62,764 nt of DNA from a virus. Its lineage: Duplodnaviria; Caudoviricetes. This document shows, one piece after another, positions 10,943 through 20,854 of this stretch; position 1 is the first letter of the stretch, and each line of letters starts with the position of its first letter. Location of the stretch: positions 1 through 62,764 of the IMG/VR virus record IMGVR_UViG_3300020171_000027. The stretch is one strand, 5' to 3'. The translations under genes and the position numbers were made by a program. Below the pieces are notes generated by a model. The model did no database searches and was not told the origin of the DNA. It saw only the letters and a list, made by a program, of their open reading frames with translations.

Positions 10943-11422
10943 TTAAGATGTCAAAGGGCTGACAGGGACACTCATCAAATCAACATAAGTCGCTGTTACA
11001 TCGGTTGCATTAAGCTCGGTTGTTCCGGCTGTAAAAGTAGCTGCATTCGCCAAAACTACCTTAATATACCCAATACAACAGGTGTCCACCGTAGGTGCTG
11101 GAAAATCCAGTACGTACTTTCCTGATGCAAGGTCTGTGGTAAGCCTTTCAGTACCCTTGACTGTACTTATTGTGTGAGATGAATCCAGACACACAAGATA
11201 AATACATGAGGTTAAGACTGCCTGTGTTGTAGCTGCTGTAAGAGCAAGAGCGTCGGCAGCATCGGCTTCGTGGTACATAACACCGTTTATAGCATAGTCC
11301 ACACCAGCCCCATTAGGCGCAGTTATTGACAGTGTTGCTTTATCAGTACCACCAATCGCAAGGGTAGCCTTTGACAAACAAAAAGTTCCACCTCTACTAA
11401 GTTCATTCAAATTTATTGTCAT
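10943..11422 (-). CDS. Putative capsid decoration/cement protein
   Basis: Thr/Ala-rich 159-aa protein with a strong RBS (AAGGAGA), downstream of the major capsid gene. Confidence 0.55.
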   Translation of the reverse strand: MTINLNELSRGGTFCLSKATLAIGGTDKATLSITAPNGAGVDYAINGVMYHEADAADALALTAATTQAVLTSCIYLVCLDSSHTISTVKGTERLTTDLASGKYVLDFPAPTVDTCCIGYIKVVLANAATFTAGTTELNATDVTATYVDLMSVPVSPLTS

Positions 11423-11438
11423 GACATTTTCTCCTTTA

Positions 11439-11858
11439 TTAATTTATAAATTTTTCATATAACGAAAAATGTTCTGCCTTGAGTTTTTCTTCGTCATTAA
11501 GTTTTTTCAAAGCCTTAATGATTATCTGTGTTACAATCTCACCTATCTCAATTTCTTTTTCGCCAACGATAGGAACTATTTCAAAAGCTTCTGGGTTTTT
11601 GTTTGCCATTTCTTTAACTATTTCTGGATCACCCTCGGCTTGTTCACCAGTAGCTTTATTCATTACTGTATAATCGTTCCATCTTAACCGATCGGCTTCT
11701 TGTGTAAAATTAAGATCCCTGTTCTCTTCCTCGGTAAACGATAGTCTTTCTTTCGCTACCCTGAGAAGTTTAAGATTTGTGTAAGACCCCTCAGCCGGAA
11801 GCATGTTAAGTAACATTAATCTTTCTAATACATTTAATTTCATAATATCTCCTGTCAT
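11439..11858 (-). CDS. Hypothetical protein
   Basis: Likely start MKLNVLER at 11843 after AGGAGA. Confidence 0.55.
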   Translation of the reverse strand: MTGDIMKLNVLERLMLLNMLPAEGSYTNLKLLRVAKERLSFTEEENRDLNFTQEADRLRWNDYTVMNKATGEQAEGDPEIVKEMANKNPEAFEIVPIVGEKEIEIGEIVTQIIIKALKKLNDEEKLKAEHFSLYEKFIN

Positions 11859-11938
11859 ATTTCCTGGAAGTTATCACGGGAAACTGCCCAGGAAGCAGCT
11901 TTTCGAGCCATGGACTCTATCCCGTGAGGTTAATTAAT

Positions 11939-14071
11939 TTAGGTAGATTCACCAGCACCTAACAAAATATAATACGGTGTATCTCCAACCAAAATCCTTA
12001 ATGTTGCTGCCGCTGCCACATCTGCACCTGCTGAGTATATATTGCCTGTACCTTCGTTCAACCCCTTGACTGTCATAAGGTAACCAGTGTCCTCAAAAGT
12101 CGCTGTAGCAGTTCCGTCTCCACTGACCTGACACCAGATAAAAGACACAGGACTTGTATAACTTCCGCTCACCTGTGTTACCAACTCAATTTCATGTACT
12201 GCATAAGTACCTGTTGATAACGCATTGCCAGGAAGCAGTAATTCACTAACTACTGCCGAACCAAGACCACTAACCGAACCTGTAGTATCTGAAATTACTG
12301 TATATCCCTTTAGAGCATTAGCCCATCCACCAAGTGCCGCACTGATAGTCGTCTGAAATTCTGCCCTGCCCCCTACACCACCGGCTCCAGTCATAGTGCT
12401 AACCATATGAATCGGTCTGACCGAACCGCCAGTCGCAGCAGTAGTCGTGATAACCTCAATAGCATGGTCATCATTTGCCGCCAATGTCTGGGTAATCCCA
12501 AGTCCAGCAGTTGAAGATGCTCCAGTAATGTAAATGCCATGTGTGTTGGCAGCCGAAATCGCAATGCCGGTTACTATAGAAGTAGCACTCAAGGTTATGC
12601 CAGTGGTAAATGTACCGGTGCCTTGCATTGTTAGGCCGGAAGTAACTATCCCTGTACTTGTGGCATTAATATCAAGACCTGCGTCTAAAGTAATGCCAGT
12701 GGGTATTGTTACACTATGGGCTGCCGTGGCTGCCGCTGTAGCGTGGAACAAGGTTCCAAGAACCTGATCGCCTGAAATGCTAATTCCAGCGGTTTCACAT
12801 GCGGCTGTAATTGAGACTCCTATTGTTGGTGTTGAGGTGGCAATGAGCATTCCAATCGCTTCTGCACCAGTTATATTTATTCCAGCAGTTACACAAGCAC
12901 CTGTTATAGCAATGCCATTTGCGCTTGCACCACCAAGAGCTATCCCAGCAGTTGTACAGGCTGCGGCTATATTAAGGCCATAAGTTCCACATGTGCTTGT
13001 AATTGTGATACCTGCTGCCGTTTGTGCTCCGGTAAGATGAATACCGTTAGTTGTATTTGCACCAATACTGATACCTGTAACGATTGTTCCGCTAAGAACC
13101 ATGTGGGCTGTTACTGCATTACCGCTTAGATTAACGTGGTAGGCTCCAGAAGCTCCACTTACCTGAATACCATCTGTGCAAGCTCCAGCTATCAAGATAC
13201 CGTCTGCACAAACTCCACCGATATTAATACCGGCTGTGGTGCAAGCTGCTGCAAGGTTTAATCCATAAGTTCCGCAGGTTCCTGTTACTGTGATTCCAGC
13301 AGCAGTATTTGTGCCTGTGAGGTGGATTCCATTAGTGGTATTCGACCCTATACTTATACCTGTGACTATCGTACCGCCGAGGATCATATGAGCCGTTACT
13401 GCGTTGCCACTTAGGTTTACATGGTATGCACCTGAAGCACCGCTGACTTGAATTGCGTCAGTACAAACACTGGAAATTAATATACCGTCCACACAGGTTC
13501 CGGAGATTGACATTCCAACTGCTGTCTGTACCCCGGAAATATCAATGGCAAAGTTTGTTGCTGTACCGCTAATTTCAATTCCGGTATCGCCAGATGTCCC
13601 ACTTATGGTTATAGCATTAAGCGTACTTGCACCTGAAACATTAATGGCATTGGCTGTATTTGCCCCTGATAACTGGATACCGTCAGCGCAAGCTGCTGAA
13701 ATCAGAATACCATCTACAGGGGTCGAAGCAGATATTAGAAGTCCAACCGCCTCGGCTCCATCAATTTTAATGGCAGCATTTGAACATGCTCCGGTTAATG
13801 CGATACCGTTTGCTGCCGTACCTTCCCAGTTAATACCAGTAGTACCGCTAAATCCACTTGTAATGTCAATAGCTGTCGTGCCATCTCCTGATATGCTTAT
13901 GCCTGTGGTGAACGCCCCTGCTATAGAAATCGGGGTTGTTGCTGCACCAAAAACAATAGCTTTGAATGTAGTCGGATTATCATCATTCAAAAACTTTGTA
14001 AAAACAGATCGCACTGACCTTCGTGCTCTGGGATCTGCTATATAATTTATATAACTCTGAATTTTGCTCAT
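11939..14071 (-). CDS. Repetitive beta-solenoid capsid fibre / minor head protein
   Basis: 710 aa of roughly 11-12-residue GIxIxG/A repeats with a ~95-aa internal duplication. Directly downstream of the major capsid gene, with RBS AAGGAGG. Confidence 0.6.
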   Translation of the reverse strand: MSKIQSYINYIADPRARRSVRSVFTKFLNDDNPTTFKAIVFGAATTPISIAGAFTTGISISGDGTTAIDITSGFSGTTGINWEGTAANGIALTGACSNAAIKIDGAEAVGLLISASTPVDGILISAACADGIQLSGANTANAINVSGASTLNAITISGTSGDTGIEISGTATNFAIDISGVQTAVGMSISGTCVDGILISSVCTDAIQVSGASGAYHVNLSGNAVTAHMILGGTIVTGISIGSNTTNGIHLTGTNTAAGITVTGTCGTYGLNLAAACTTAGINIGGVCADGILIAGACTDGIQVSGASGAYHVNLSGNAVTAHMVLSGTIVTGISIGANTTNGIHLTGAQTAAGITITSTCGTYGLNIAAACTTAGIALGGASANGIAITGACVTAGINITGAEAIGMLIATSTPTIGVSITAACETAGISISGDQVLGTLFHATAAATAAHSVTIPTGITLDAGLDINATSTGIVTSGLTMQGTGTFTTGITLSATSIVTGIAISAANTHGIYITGASSTAGLGITQTLAANDDHAIEVITTTAATGGSVRPIHMVSTMTGAGGVGGRAEFQTTISAALGGWANALKGYTVISDTTGSVSGLGSAVVSELLLPGNALSTGTYAVHEIELVTQVSGSYTSPVSFIWCQVSGDGTATATFEDTGYLMTVKGLNEGTGNIYSAGADVAAAATLRILVGDTPYYILLGAGEST

Positions 14072-14178
14072 GTGGTTCCTCCTTTAGGTTCCGGGCAAAT
14101 CTTGTTTAACCTTGCGAGCCTTTTTGCTTTCTTGGCTCGCTTGGCTTTGTCAGTTATTTTCTTTAATATTCTACCCAT
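14068..14178 (-). CDS. 36-aa basic peptide MGRILKKITDKAKRAKKAKRLARLNKICPEPKGGTT
   Basis: Its ATG immediately follows the capsid TAA in the same frame, and its TGA overlaps the next ATG (ATGA). Confidence 0.45.
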   Translation of the reverse strand: MGRILKKITDKAKRAKKAKRLARLNKICPEPKGGTT

Positions 14179-15219
14179 TTATGCCAAATCTGTAACGCAC
14201 GTCTCAATCCTGGTCATCCAATTTTCGTTCAACCGAATAGATGCGTACCAGAAATCAGCTCCAACATAACCAAACATACCCGATGGATTAGCATGGTTCT
14301 TGGTTGACGCAGATATAATGGTTGGTGAAATGCCTGAATAACCATGTCCTTTAAGTGCTAAATGACCCCAGGCGCTTTCGGCCATAACCAGCAGCGGATA
14401 AACATCGTTCCTGGTAGTACCTGCTGACAACATTCCATCTGTACCTATTGCCAAACCAGCAGCAAGCCAAGGAGCAAGCAATGGAGAAGTCACAAAACGA
14501 AACTCTTCAACTGCTCCAATTTCTCTCTCGTGTACCGGTTTAATTGCAGAACCATAATCAACCCTCTTGGTAAAGCCTGCAATATTTCTTACATCTGCAC
14601 TACAGTCTGTGTGCATAAAAACAATATAGGAAGATTCAACAGAACTGGTTCCAAAATCAGGGCCGGGCTTAATAGCTGTGGTAACTTTTCTGGCTCTGTT
14701 GGTTTCCATAGTTCTTGCAGCCTGTCTCAATTTGTTTAGAGAAATCGTGCTATTAAGACCAGCTCTTGTGGAACCATTAGCGTAAATTACACTTGAACCA
14801 GCTTTAACCTGACCATAACAAACAAGCTCTGCAACTTCCGCCAGGGTTTCCCCTGTAAGCTTTGCCATATCGTCTGGGATATCTTCTTCGTACATGAGTT
14901 GTGCTTTAGATGAAAATTTAAACAGAACAGCATACTGATTCAGGGTCGAAGTTACATCAGTATAACTAATTGTATTCGCAGTAGGATTTGTTCCTTCTGC
15001 GGTTACAAAATTTGCTGCTGTGATGTTTGGTGTTTCTACTGCGGTTGCATTAAACGGTTTTAGTCTCCTAAAAACCACAGTATCGGTTTTGTTAAGAGGC
15101 TGAACCTTTTGATCTCCAAATGTTCCAAGCACTTGGATTGATTCTACATGTTTTAACATTTTTAGTTCCGCCCTAATCAAATTTCGACTTGCGACGGTAC
15201 CGTAAAGTTGTGTTGCCAT
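14179..15219 (-). CDS. Major capsid protein, N4-gp56 family
   Basis: 346 aa with motifs DTVVFRR, EIGAVEEFRFVTSPLL and ANPSGMFGYVGADFW. Follows the scaffold gene. Confidence 0.9.
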   Translation of the reverse strand: MATQLYGTVASRNLIRAELKMLKHVESIQVLGTFGDQKVQPLNKTDTVVFRRLKPFNATAVETPNITAANFVTAEGTNPTANTISYTDVTSTLNQYAVLFKFSSKAQLMYEEDIPDDMAKLTGETLAEVAELVCYGQVKAGSSVIYANGSTRAGLNSTISLNKLRQAARTMETNRARKVTTAIKPGPDFGTSSVESSYIVFMHTDCSADVRNIAGFTKRVDYGSAIKPVHEREIGAVEEFRFVTSPLLAPWLAAGLAIGTDGMLSAGTTRNDVYPLLVMAESAWGHLALKGHGYSGISPTIISASTKNHANPSGMFGYVGADFWYASIRLNENWMTRIETCVTDLA

Positions 15220-15231
15220 AATTTATCTCCT

Positions 15232-16128
15232 TTAGGGACTGGCCCAAATTTTTTTTGCTTCAGATTTTCTTAACTCCGCATCGGTCATGTCTAATTCCGA
15301 TTTTGGAATTTTCCTTTCTCGTCCAACAACCGTTTCTGAATTTTTCAGTCGCTTCTGTCGTTCAGCAGTAATTTCCGCCAGAGTTTTTGTTGCTTTTTGT
15401 GATTCATAAAACTTATCCAAAACAGTGATAGCATCTTTCGCCAAAGGACTATTTGTTAAAGCCTTTAGGTTATCTGGCTGACTTGCAATCCATTCTTGAT
15501 ATGGTTTACTATCAACAGTGGACTCCCATTCTGGGTACTTAGATCCGACTGAATTTTTTTCAATTGCTGTTGACATTTCTGATAACTTTGTTGTTATCTC
15601 AACCATGTCGTCGTTTAGTTTCTTTTCCAGTAGCTCGGTATTAGGAATCTTTTTTGAAAGCTCTGCACGTGTTTCGGAAAGCTTTGATTCAAGTTTTGAT
15701 TCAATAGCACTTGCCCATTCTGGAAAATCGGTTTTTAATCCTTTCCATTCTTCTTCTGTTTTTGCGGCCTCTGCAATTTGTTCTGCGCTTGGTGCTTCGG
15801 CAACCTTTTTAATCTTCTGCCTTGCAGCAAACAATTCGTTTTGAATTGACCCAACTCTTTTTTCAGCCTGCTTTAGTCTTGTTTCAAACATGGTCAGACT
15901 GTTTAGTTGAGAAGAGAGTTTATCAAAAGACTCTCGTAAAACAGGATTTACTCCTGCCCATGCATCTGGTTCTTCCTTGTGTTCCGTTTCAGGCTCAGGA
16001 GGAATTTCATCGTCCTTTTCAGGAAGACTTTCTTCATTCCAGATTGCGGCTGCGTCTTCTGCTCTTAAAGTCTTAGCCTCTTCTATTTGTTGTTCTTCGG
16101 TCAATTCTTCTATTACTTCTTCTGTCAT
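15232..16128 (-). CDS. Capsid scaffolding protein
   Basis: Acidic coiled-coil protein with LKTDFPEW and YPEWESTV motifs, immediately upstream of the major capsid gene. Confidence 0.75.
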   Translation of the reverse strand: MTEEVIEELTEEQQIEEAKTLRAEDAAAIWNEESLPEKDDEIPPEPETEHKEEPDAWAGVNPVLRESFDKLSSQLNSLTMFETRLKQAEKRVGSIQNELFAARQKIKKVAEAPSAEQIAEAAKTEEEWKGLKTDFPEWASAIESKLESKLSETRAELSKKIPNTELLEKKLNDDMVEITTKLSEMSTAIEKNSVGSKYPEWESTVDSKPYQEWIASQPDNLKALTNSPLAKDAITVLDKFYESQKATKTLAEITAERQKRLKNSETVVGRERKIPKSELDMTDAELRKSEAKKIWASP

Positions 16129-16186
16129 TTAATACTCCCTCTCCGGCTTTCAGACGGATTGCTTGAGGTGGTTACCCAGCTCGTAA

Positions 16187-16236
16187 AATAAAAAAAGGCT
16201 GTTAAAAAGAAACTTTATGTTTCAATCCAACAGCCT
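16187..16236 (-). terminator. Terminator-like hairpin in the scaffold leader
   Basis: AGGCTGTTGGA...TTTAACAGCCT followed by a run of T on the minus strand. Confidence 0.5.
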
Positions 16237-16439
16237 AAATAGGTCTAATTTGGGTTATGTTTTTAGTTTATATTACATCTTTTTCACCATGTTGTTAAAC
16301 TTATCTAATTGCTCTCTTGCAAAATCAGCGTCTTCATTTTTTTCATTTCTGGCAATGACAGTTAATGCGTTTAAAAGAATATATCCAAACGCAACAAAAC
16401 GTGTTTCCCATTCTTTATCCGTCATTCTTTCGATTCTCC

Positions 16440-16643
16440 TTACAATCCTAAATATTGTTTTATTATTACCTTTTCAACACTAAATGGACACGCATTAAGA
16501 TTAAATTCAATTAAATCGTCCTTTGTACTTAAAATATGTTCCACGAACTTTCTCTTTGTCTCACTCGGCATAGAATTAATTATTTCCGGCCACAATGTTT
16601 TATACGCTTCTGGGACTACAAACATTGTACGATTATTTTGCAT
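16440..16643 (-). CDS. Hypothetical accessory protein
   Basis: Strong RBS (AAGGAGA), 67 aa. Confidence 0.55.
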   Translation of the reverse strand: MQNNRTMFVVPEAYKTLWPEIINSMPSETKRKFVEHILSTKDDLIEFNLNACPFSVEKVIIKQYLGL

Positions 16644-16661
16644 AAAATTCTCCTTTATCTT

Positions 16662-17138
16662 TTAATAACACGTCCCATGCTTCATATGTTTTGAAAGATG
16701 CATTGCGTGTTCTAACAACTTTTCTTCTGCTATAGAAAAAAGAGTTTTAGGATCATCTCTGGTTAATAGATTGTGCCCTTTCCATTCGCCGAAAGGAACC
16801 CATATATCAGTTTCCTTAAGGTCTTTGTGTATCCCAAAAGACCAATTATTTTCACACCATGAAAAACCCCGGCAACTACAATATAACACAACATCTTTCC
16901 CAAATAATTTAACTTTACGAGAATACTGATATAATATTGTGCATATATTATCTAACCATTCATTAGTATATACTATAGGCTCAATCGGTTTGGATTCTAT
17001 ATTAATATCTTCATATATAGCAAGTCTTTCGCCGTCTAACAATACCTTCTTTAAGGATGTAAGGCTTTCGTTAGCATCTTTTAGAGAACCTTCAATTTCG
17101 TTTATTTTTTCTTGAATACTTTCTTTTAACATAGCCAC
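16662..17138 (-). CDS. Hypothetical accessory protein
   Basis: 158 aa with AGGAG upstream, co-oriented with the late operon. Confidence 0.55.
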   Translation of the reverse strand: MAMLKESIQEKINEIEGSLKDANESLTSLKKVLLDGERLAIYEDINIESKPIEPIVYTNEWLDNICTILYQYSRKVKLFGKDVVLYCSCRGFSWCENNWSFGIHKDLKETDIWVPFGEWKGHNLLTRDDPKTLFSIAEEKLLEHAMHLSKHMKHGTCY

Positions 17139-17404
17139 TCCTGGCTAACCGTCTCATATGTTTATTATTTTGTCACTCTACTTAACAAAAGACTCACCAT
17201 TTGGGGCTTTACCTTTCTTCCTTTATTTTATCTACTGACATAATGGTGAATAAATATGTCATTATTCTTTAGTAACCTTAATTGAAATAAATATATTCAC
17301 AAATTTCAAAATAGGCGATCTAACTAACTCAGTCGTATAATGAATATCATGTTTTTCTAAAATCTCCTCGATCTCCCTTTGGGTCGCTCTTACCTGTGCC
17401 TCTG

Positions 17405-17671
17405 TCATCGTTTTTTCGGCAACTCCAATAAATCTTTTAATAGACGTATTTTACCACGTATCAGACTTGTTTGTATAATGTCAAGTGATTTCTTATCATT
17501 GAAAATTCTGGCCCTGTCCAATTCGTCGGTTGCCCATTTTTTTATAAACATCCACGTACCAGAGTATGCGTCTAAAACACCATCCCCCATATAAGATTCA
17601 TGTGTTTTAACTTCAATGGATGCTTCTTTTTTCTTTTTAAATATGTTAAACAGCCTATCCTTATTTAACAT
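17405..17671 (-). CDS. Small post-portal protein (Bbp19-like position)
   Basis: TSLIRGKIRLLKDLLELP motif is typical of the small gene that follows podovirus portals. Confidence 0.6.
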   Translation of the reverse strand: MLNKDRLFNIFKKKKEASIEVKTHESYMGDGVLDAYSGTWMFIKKWATDELDRARIFNDKKSLDIIQTSLIRGKIRLLKDLLELPKKR

Positions 17672-17743
17672 AAGATTCCCCTTCTGGTGCTCTTCCTGGA
17701 GGTTCTACAGGCGGCTTTATAGCTTCACCTGCTTTGTTTAATG
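17661..17743 (-). pseudogene. Orphan copy of the portal 3' end (LNKAGEAIKPPVEPPGRAPEGESYVK*)
   Basis: 17701-17743 is identical (43 bp) to 18418-18460, and the rest is a diverged, mostly synonymous copy of the portal end. Confidence 0.9.
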
Positions 17744-17887
17744 CTATAATATTGTAATCTACCACACAAATATGCCATCCACTTCCATCTGTGTTCATGG
17801 TGACAATGAGTAGAACATGACCAACGTACTTTTATCTGTCTTTTCATCACTCTTAACTTCATTGGGTGGTTCTTTATATTATTAAGG

Positions 17888-17932
17888 TTAGTCTTCAAAA
17901 GCATGTCCTGGTTTTGCCCTGGCTGGAGGCTC
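17888..17932 (-). pseudogene. Second, more diverged orphan portal C-terminus (EPPARAKPGHAFED*)
   Basis: Aligns without gaps to the portal end EPKGRAPEGESFVK*, including the stop position. Confidence 0.6.
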
Positions 17933-17951
17933 TGCAATAAGCTCCTTTTTT

Positions 17952-18218
17952 TTATAAAATATAATAATGCTTTTTAGATAACCATGTCGTTTTCCATTTT
18001 TTTCGAGTTAGCCAAAAGCATAAACTATCTCTTTTATTTTCAAGATGTGTTTTTATCCTACACTCAATGTCCCTATAGAAACTTTTAAAAGAATGTGGGT
18101 CATAATCTTTGAATACTTTAGTCGTAAAAGTCAGGGCATCCCTACCAGACAATTTGTTTAGCCTTATTCTATTTTCTATTTCGGCATCTGTTGTTTCCAT
18201 ATTTTTAACCCCTTTCAA
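17952..18218 (-). CDS. Hypothetical cargo protein between portal-end copies
   Basis: Likely start METTDAE at 18200. Confidence 0.5.
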   Translation of the reverse strand: MKGVKNMETTDAEIENRIRLNKLSGRDALTFTTKVFKDYDPHSFKSFYRDIECRIKTHLENKRDSLCFWLTRKKWKTTWLSKKHYYIL

Positions 18219-18378
18219 ATTTAAGACTCATGTTTTTTCTCCCAAATTCGTTCAGATTCGGAAAGGTTCCGTCCATTCTCATAAAATCCTTGCTTAATGC
18301 TATATCTGGAGTCCTTGGAGTATTACGTAAATACCATCCAATTTGGTGACCACAGCTTTTACTAATTACCTTTATCAT
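18205..18378 (-). CDS. 57-aa hypothetical protein coupled to the portal stop
   Basis: TAATG overlap with the portal stop. Translation MIKVISKSCGHQIGWYLRNTPR...KFERG*. Confidence 0.5.
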   Translation of the reverse strand: MIKVISKSCGHQIGWYLRNTPRTPDIALSKDFMRMDGTFPNLNEFGRKNMSLKFERG

Positions 18379-20639
18379 TATTTGACAAAAGACTCTCCTT
18401 CAGGCGCCCTTCCCTTTGGTTCTACAGGCGGCTTTATAGCTTCACCTGCTTTGTTTAATGATAACCTTTCTTGTAAATTTAGTTTAGCGGCGTCCCTTGC
18501 AAGATCAGATTTAATCTGCTCAAGACTAATTCCGGTTTTCTCAGACAGCTCCATTATTTTCATTTGATAATCCATTTGTTTTAATGCTATCTCATGTTGC
18601 CTATCTTTTTCAGCCTGCTCAGCTTTGTGCCGTATTTCAGCTATTTCCATTTCGGCTTTCATCCTAAGTGCTTCGTTTTCTTGTGCTTGCTTTGCTTCTA
18701 ATATTTGCATTTCGCTTTCAGCCCGAATGGTAGCAATGTCCGATGCTCCTTGTAATCCTGGATCTACAACCTGAGCCTCTTCTTCGGATTTTTGTTGATT
18801 AGCCTTGATTTCCTCATCTGAATACAAAACATCTAAGCGTTGAGCCGTAAACATTTGTTTAATAGCTTTTTCCCAGTTTATAATAGCTTTAAATTGAGGA
18901 TCGTTTCGAACAGGTAATAGTTCAGTTAAAATTTTTACTTGCTGATCTTTAACAAGTAAAACAGATGTACCTCTGGCATCTACATTATAATCCCCCTTAA
19001 TGTCAGACTTTTCATTGTATTGCATATTCCAGTGATAATATCTTGTAAGGTGTGGCCTGGTAATTTGGTCATCCCACCGCTTAACACGACCTCTTAACGC
19101 AATATTATTAGCATCTACCATGATATTGGTTGCACCCAATGTCTCAGGAAGTTCACCTTTTTCCCCTTGAAATAACATAGGTAAGGATGTTTCCATATCA
19201 ATGAATTGCAATGCTAATTTAATTATATTCTGTAATTCGATTTGATTATTTTCTACCTGAAATTGTGCAAAAGCTGTTCTGACATCATCAATTTCCCCTA
19301 ATGCTCGCCAAATCTTTTTGCCGGTCAGCTCCCATTTACCATCGTCAGGTTCAATCCCATAACCTAAAACAATATTAGCCCCTGATGAATCTCCTGCATT
19401 ATCCATCATAGCCCGCCATGCTGCTGTAATAATTGCCTGTTGCCAAATCATCATACGTGGCAAACCAATACCCCATAACGATCCAGCAACGTCTGTCCAT
19501 TGAAAAAAATCATAAGGAAGATCGCCAGTATCAAGTATATTTAACATTACTTTAATTGGTCTATCGTTTACAAACACAACGCAAGCCGAAAGAGAAGTAC
19601 CTTTAAATTCATCACAATTACATCCCAACGATTCTAAATCATCTCTATTTACATCTCCATGATACTCCCACTTTTCATATGCTGCACCCTTGTTTATCCT
19701 GTCAGACTGTACTTCAAGATGCCCTTTAGATTGTATAACAACTGTCCTTTTAGGTTCTTCATCTAAAACTTTTTCAATCTGTTCTGAAAAATATCCTTCT
19801 ATCCCAATTAAATCTCTTAATTCCCGTGGTAAAATAAAGTCAGTTTCCCAAATATATGATGCCCGTTTAATATCCTCACAATTTGGATCAGGAAAAATAT
19901 TCCAAGGATTAATTCTTTTAGATGCAGGTTTGAATTGTTCTGAAGTTTTCAGAGTATAAACAGTGTTTTCTCCATCAGATTGAGCCGCCCATGCCTTTTG
20001 TAGTCGCTTAACAACCAGCGGCCCTTTTAAAATACCTGTTCCACGTCTTACCGCATCTTGCACACACTTTCTGTTTTCTGCATTAAAATTACATTCCGTC
20101 AATTGATCGTCAATCTCGGTTTCCATTGCTTCCATTTTGGTCTTAGCTTCTTCTATTTCTTTTTTAGCAACATCTGCAATTGTAACCATAGACCCATCTG
20201 GTTTAGGAATTTCTTGACGGTCTTTGTTTATAGCTGGACTGGTGTTGTTTAATCCTTTAACTAATTCAGGAACAGGTGTAATCCTTAACCCCCAGTTTCG
20301 ATCATCAACGGGCAACTGGATGTCAGAAAATCTTCCTTCTGCTGTTTCGCATTTGCCTCTTACAACATTAACAATAACAATTGATCTTTTTGGACTTGAA
20401 TTAGTTTTAGCGTAAGCTTCACCAGTAGCATAATCAATCATACGTGAACTTTGATTACTGCCATCCATCCCATTAAACACATCCTCATCTTCTCGCCAAC
20501 GCCTTTCAACACCGGAAGCCGCCCTACCTTCTATAGCTTCGTTGCGTTTTTTTAAGAGAGATTCTGCTAATGCCTCAGCTTTACGCATTAATGATTCGTT
20601 CTCAGTATCTTCTGTTTCTACTTCGTATTGATCTTCCAT
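18378..20639 (-). CDS. Portal protein (P22/BPP-1-like)
   Basis: 753 aa with GTGILKGP and SLWGIGLP motifs and a long C-terminal coiled coil. Downstream of the terminase. Confidence 0.9.
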   Translation of the reverse strand: MEDQYEVETEDTENESLMRKAEALAESLLKKRNEAIEGRAASGVERRWREDEDVFNGMDGSNQSSRMIDYATGEAYAKTNSSPKRSIVIVNVVRGKCETAEGRFSDIQLPVDDRNWGLRITPVPELVKGLNNTSPAINKDRQEIPKPDGSMVTIADVAKKEIEEAKTKMEAMETEIDDQLTECNFNAENRKCVQDAVRRGTGILKGPLVVKRLQKAWAAQSDGENTVYTLKTSEQFKPASKRINPWNIFPDPNCEDIKRASYIWETDFILPRELRDLIGIEGYFSEQIEKVLDEEPKRTVVIQSKGHLEVQSDRINKGAAYEKWEYHGDVNRDDLESLGCNCDEFKGTSLSACVVFVNDRPIKVMLNILDTGDLPYDFFQWTDVAGSLWGIGLPRMMIWQQAIITAAWRAMMDNAGDSSGANIVLGYGIEPDDGKWELTGKKIWRALGEIDDVRTAFAQFQVENNQIELQNIIKLALQFIDMETSLPMLFQGEKGELPETLGATNIMVDANNIALRGRVKRWDDQITRPHLTRYYHWNMQYNEKSDIKGDYNVDARGTSVLLVKDQQVKILTELLPVRNDPQFKAIINWEKAIKQMFTAQRLDVLYSDEEIKANQQKSEEEAQVVDPGLQGASDIATIRAESEMQILEAKQAQENEALRMKAEMEIAEIRHKAEQAEKDRQHEIALKQMDYQMKIMELSEKTGISLEQIKSDLARDAAKLNLQERLSLNKAGEAIKPPVEPKGRAPEGESFVK

Positions 20640-20854
20640 TATATTTCAACTCCAGCCACTATCCAGTCTCTAACAGAATAAATGCCATAAGAAATGTTTT
20701 TAGATTTTTCACCTTCAATAAATAAATCAGCCTCTACAATATTTTTAAATTGCTTTCTTCGGCCTTTTTCACCTATAATCCATGAAGTATCGCCCGAAAT
20801 CCTATTAAAACAACAAACGATACACTTTCCGCCTTGTTCGGTTTCTTCAATCAT
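20639..20854 (-). CDS. Hypothetical protein
   Basis: GGAG RBS, and its stop overlaps the portal start (TAATG). Confidence 0.5.
   Translation of the reverse strand: MIEETEQGGKCIVCCFNRISGDTSWIIGEKGRRKQFKNIVEADLFIEGEKSKNISYGIYSVRDWIVAGVEI

Noticed and set aside
11858-11932. Hammerhead ribozyme
   Set aside because: A three-way junction with GAAA is present, but the CUGANGA core is missing.
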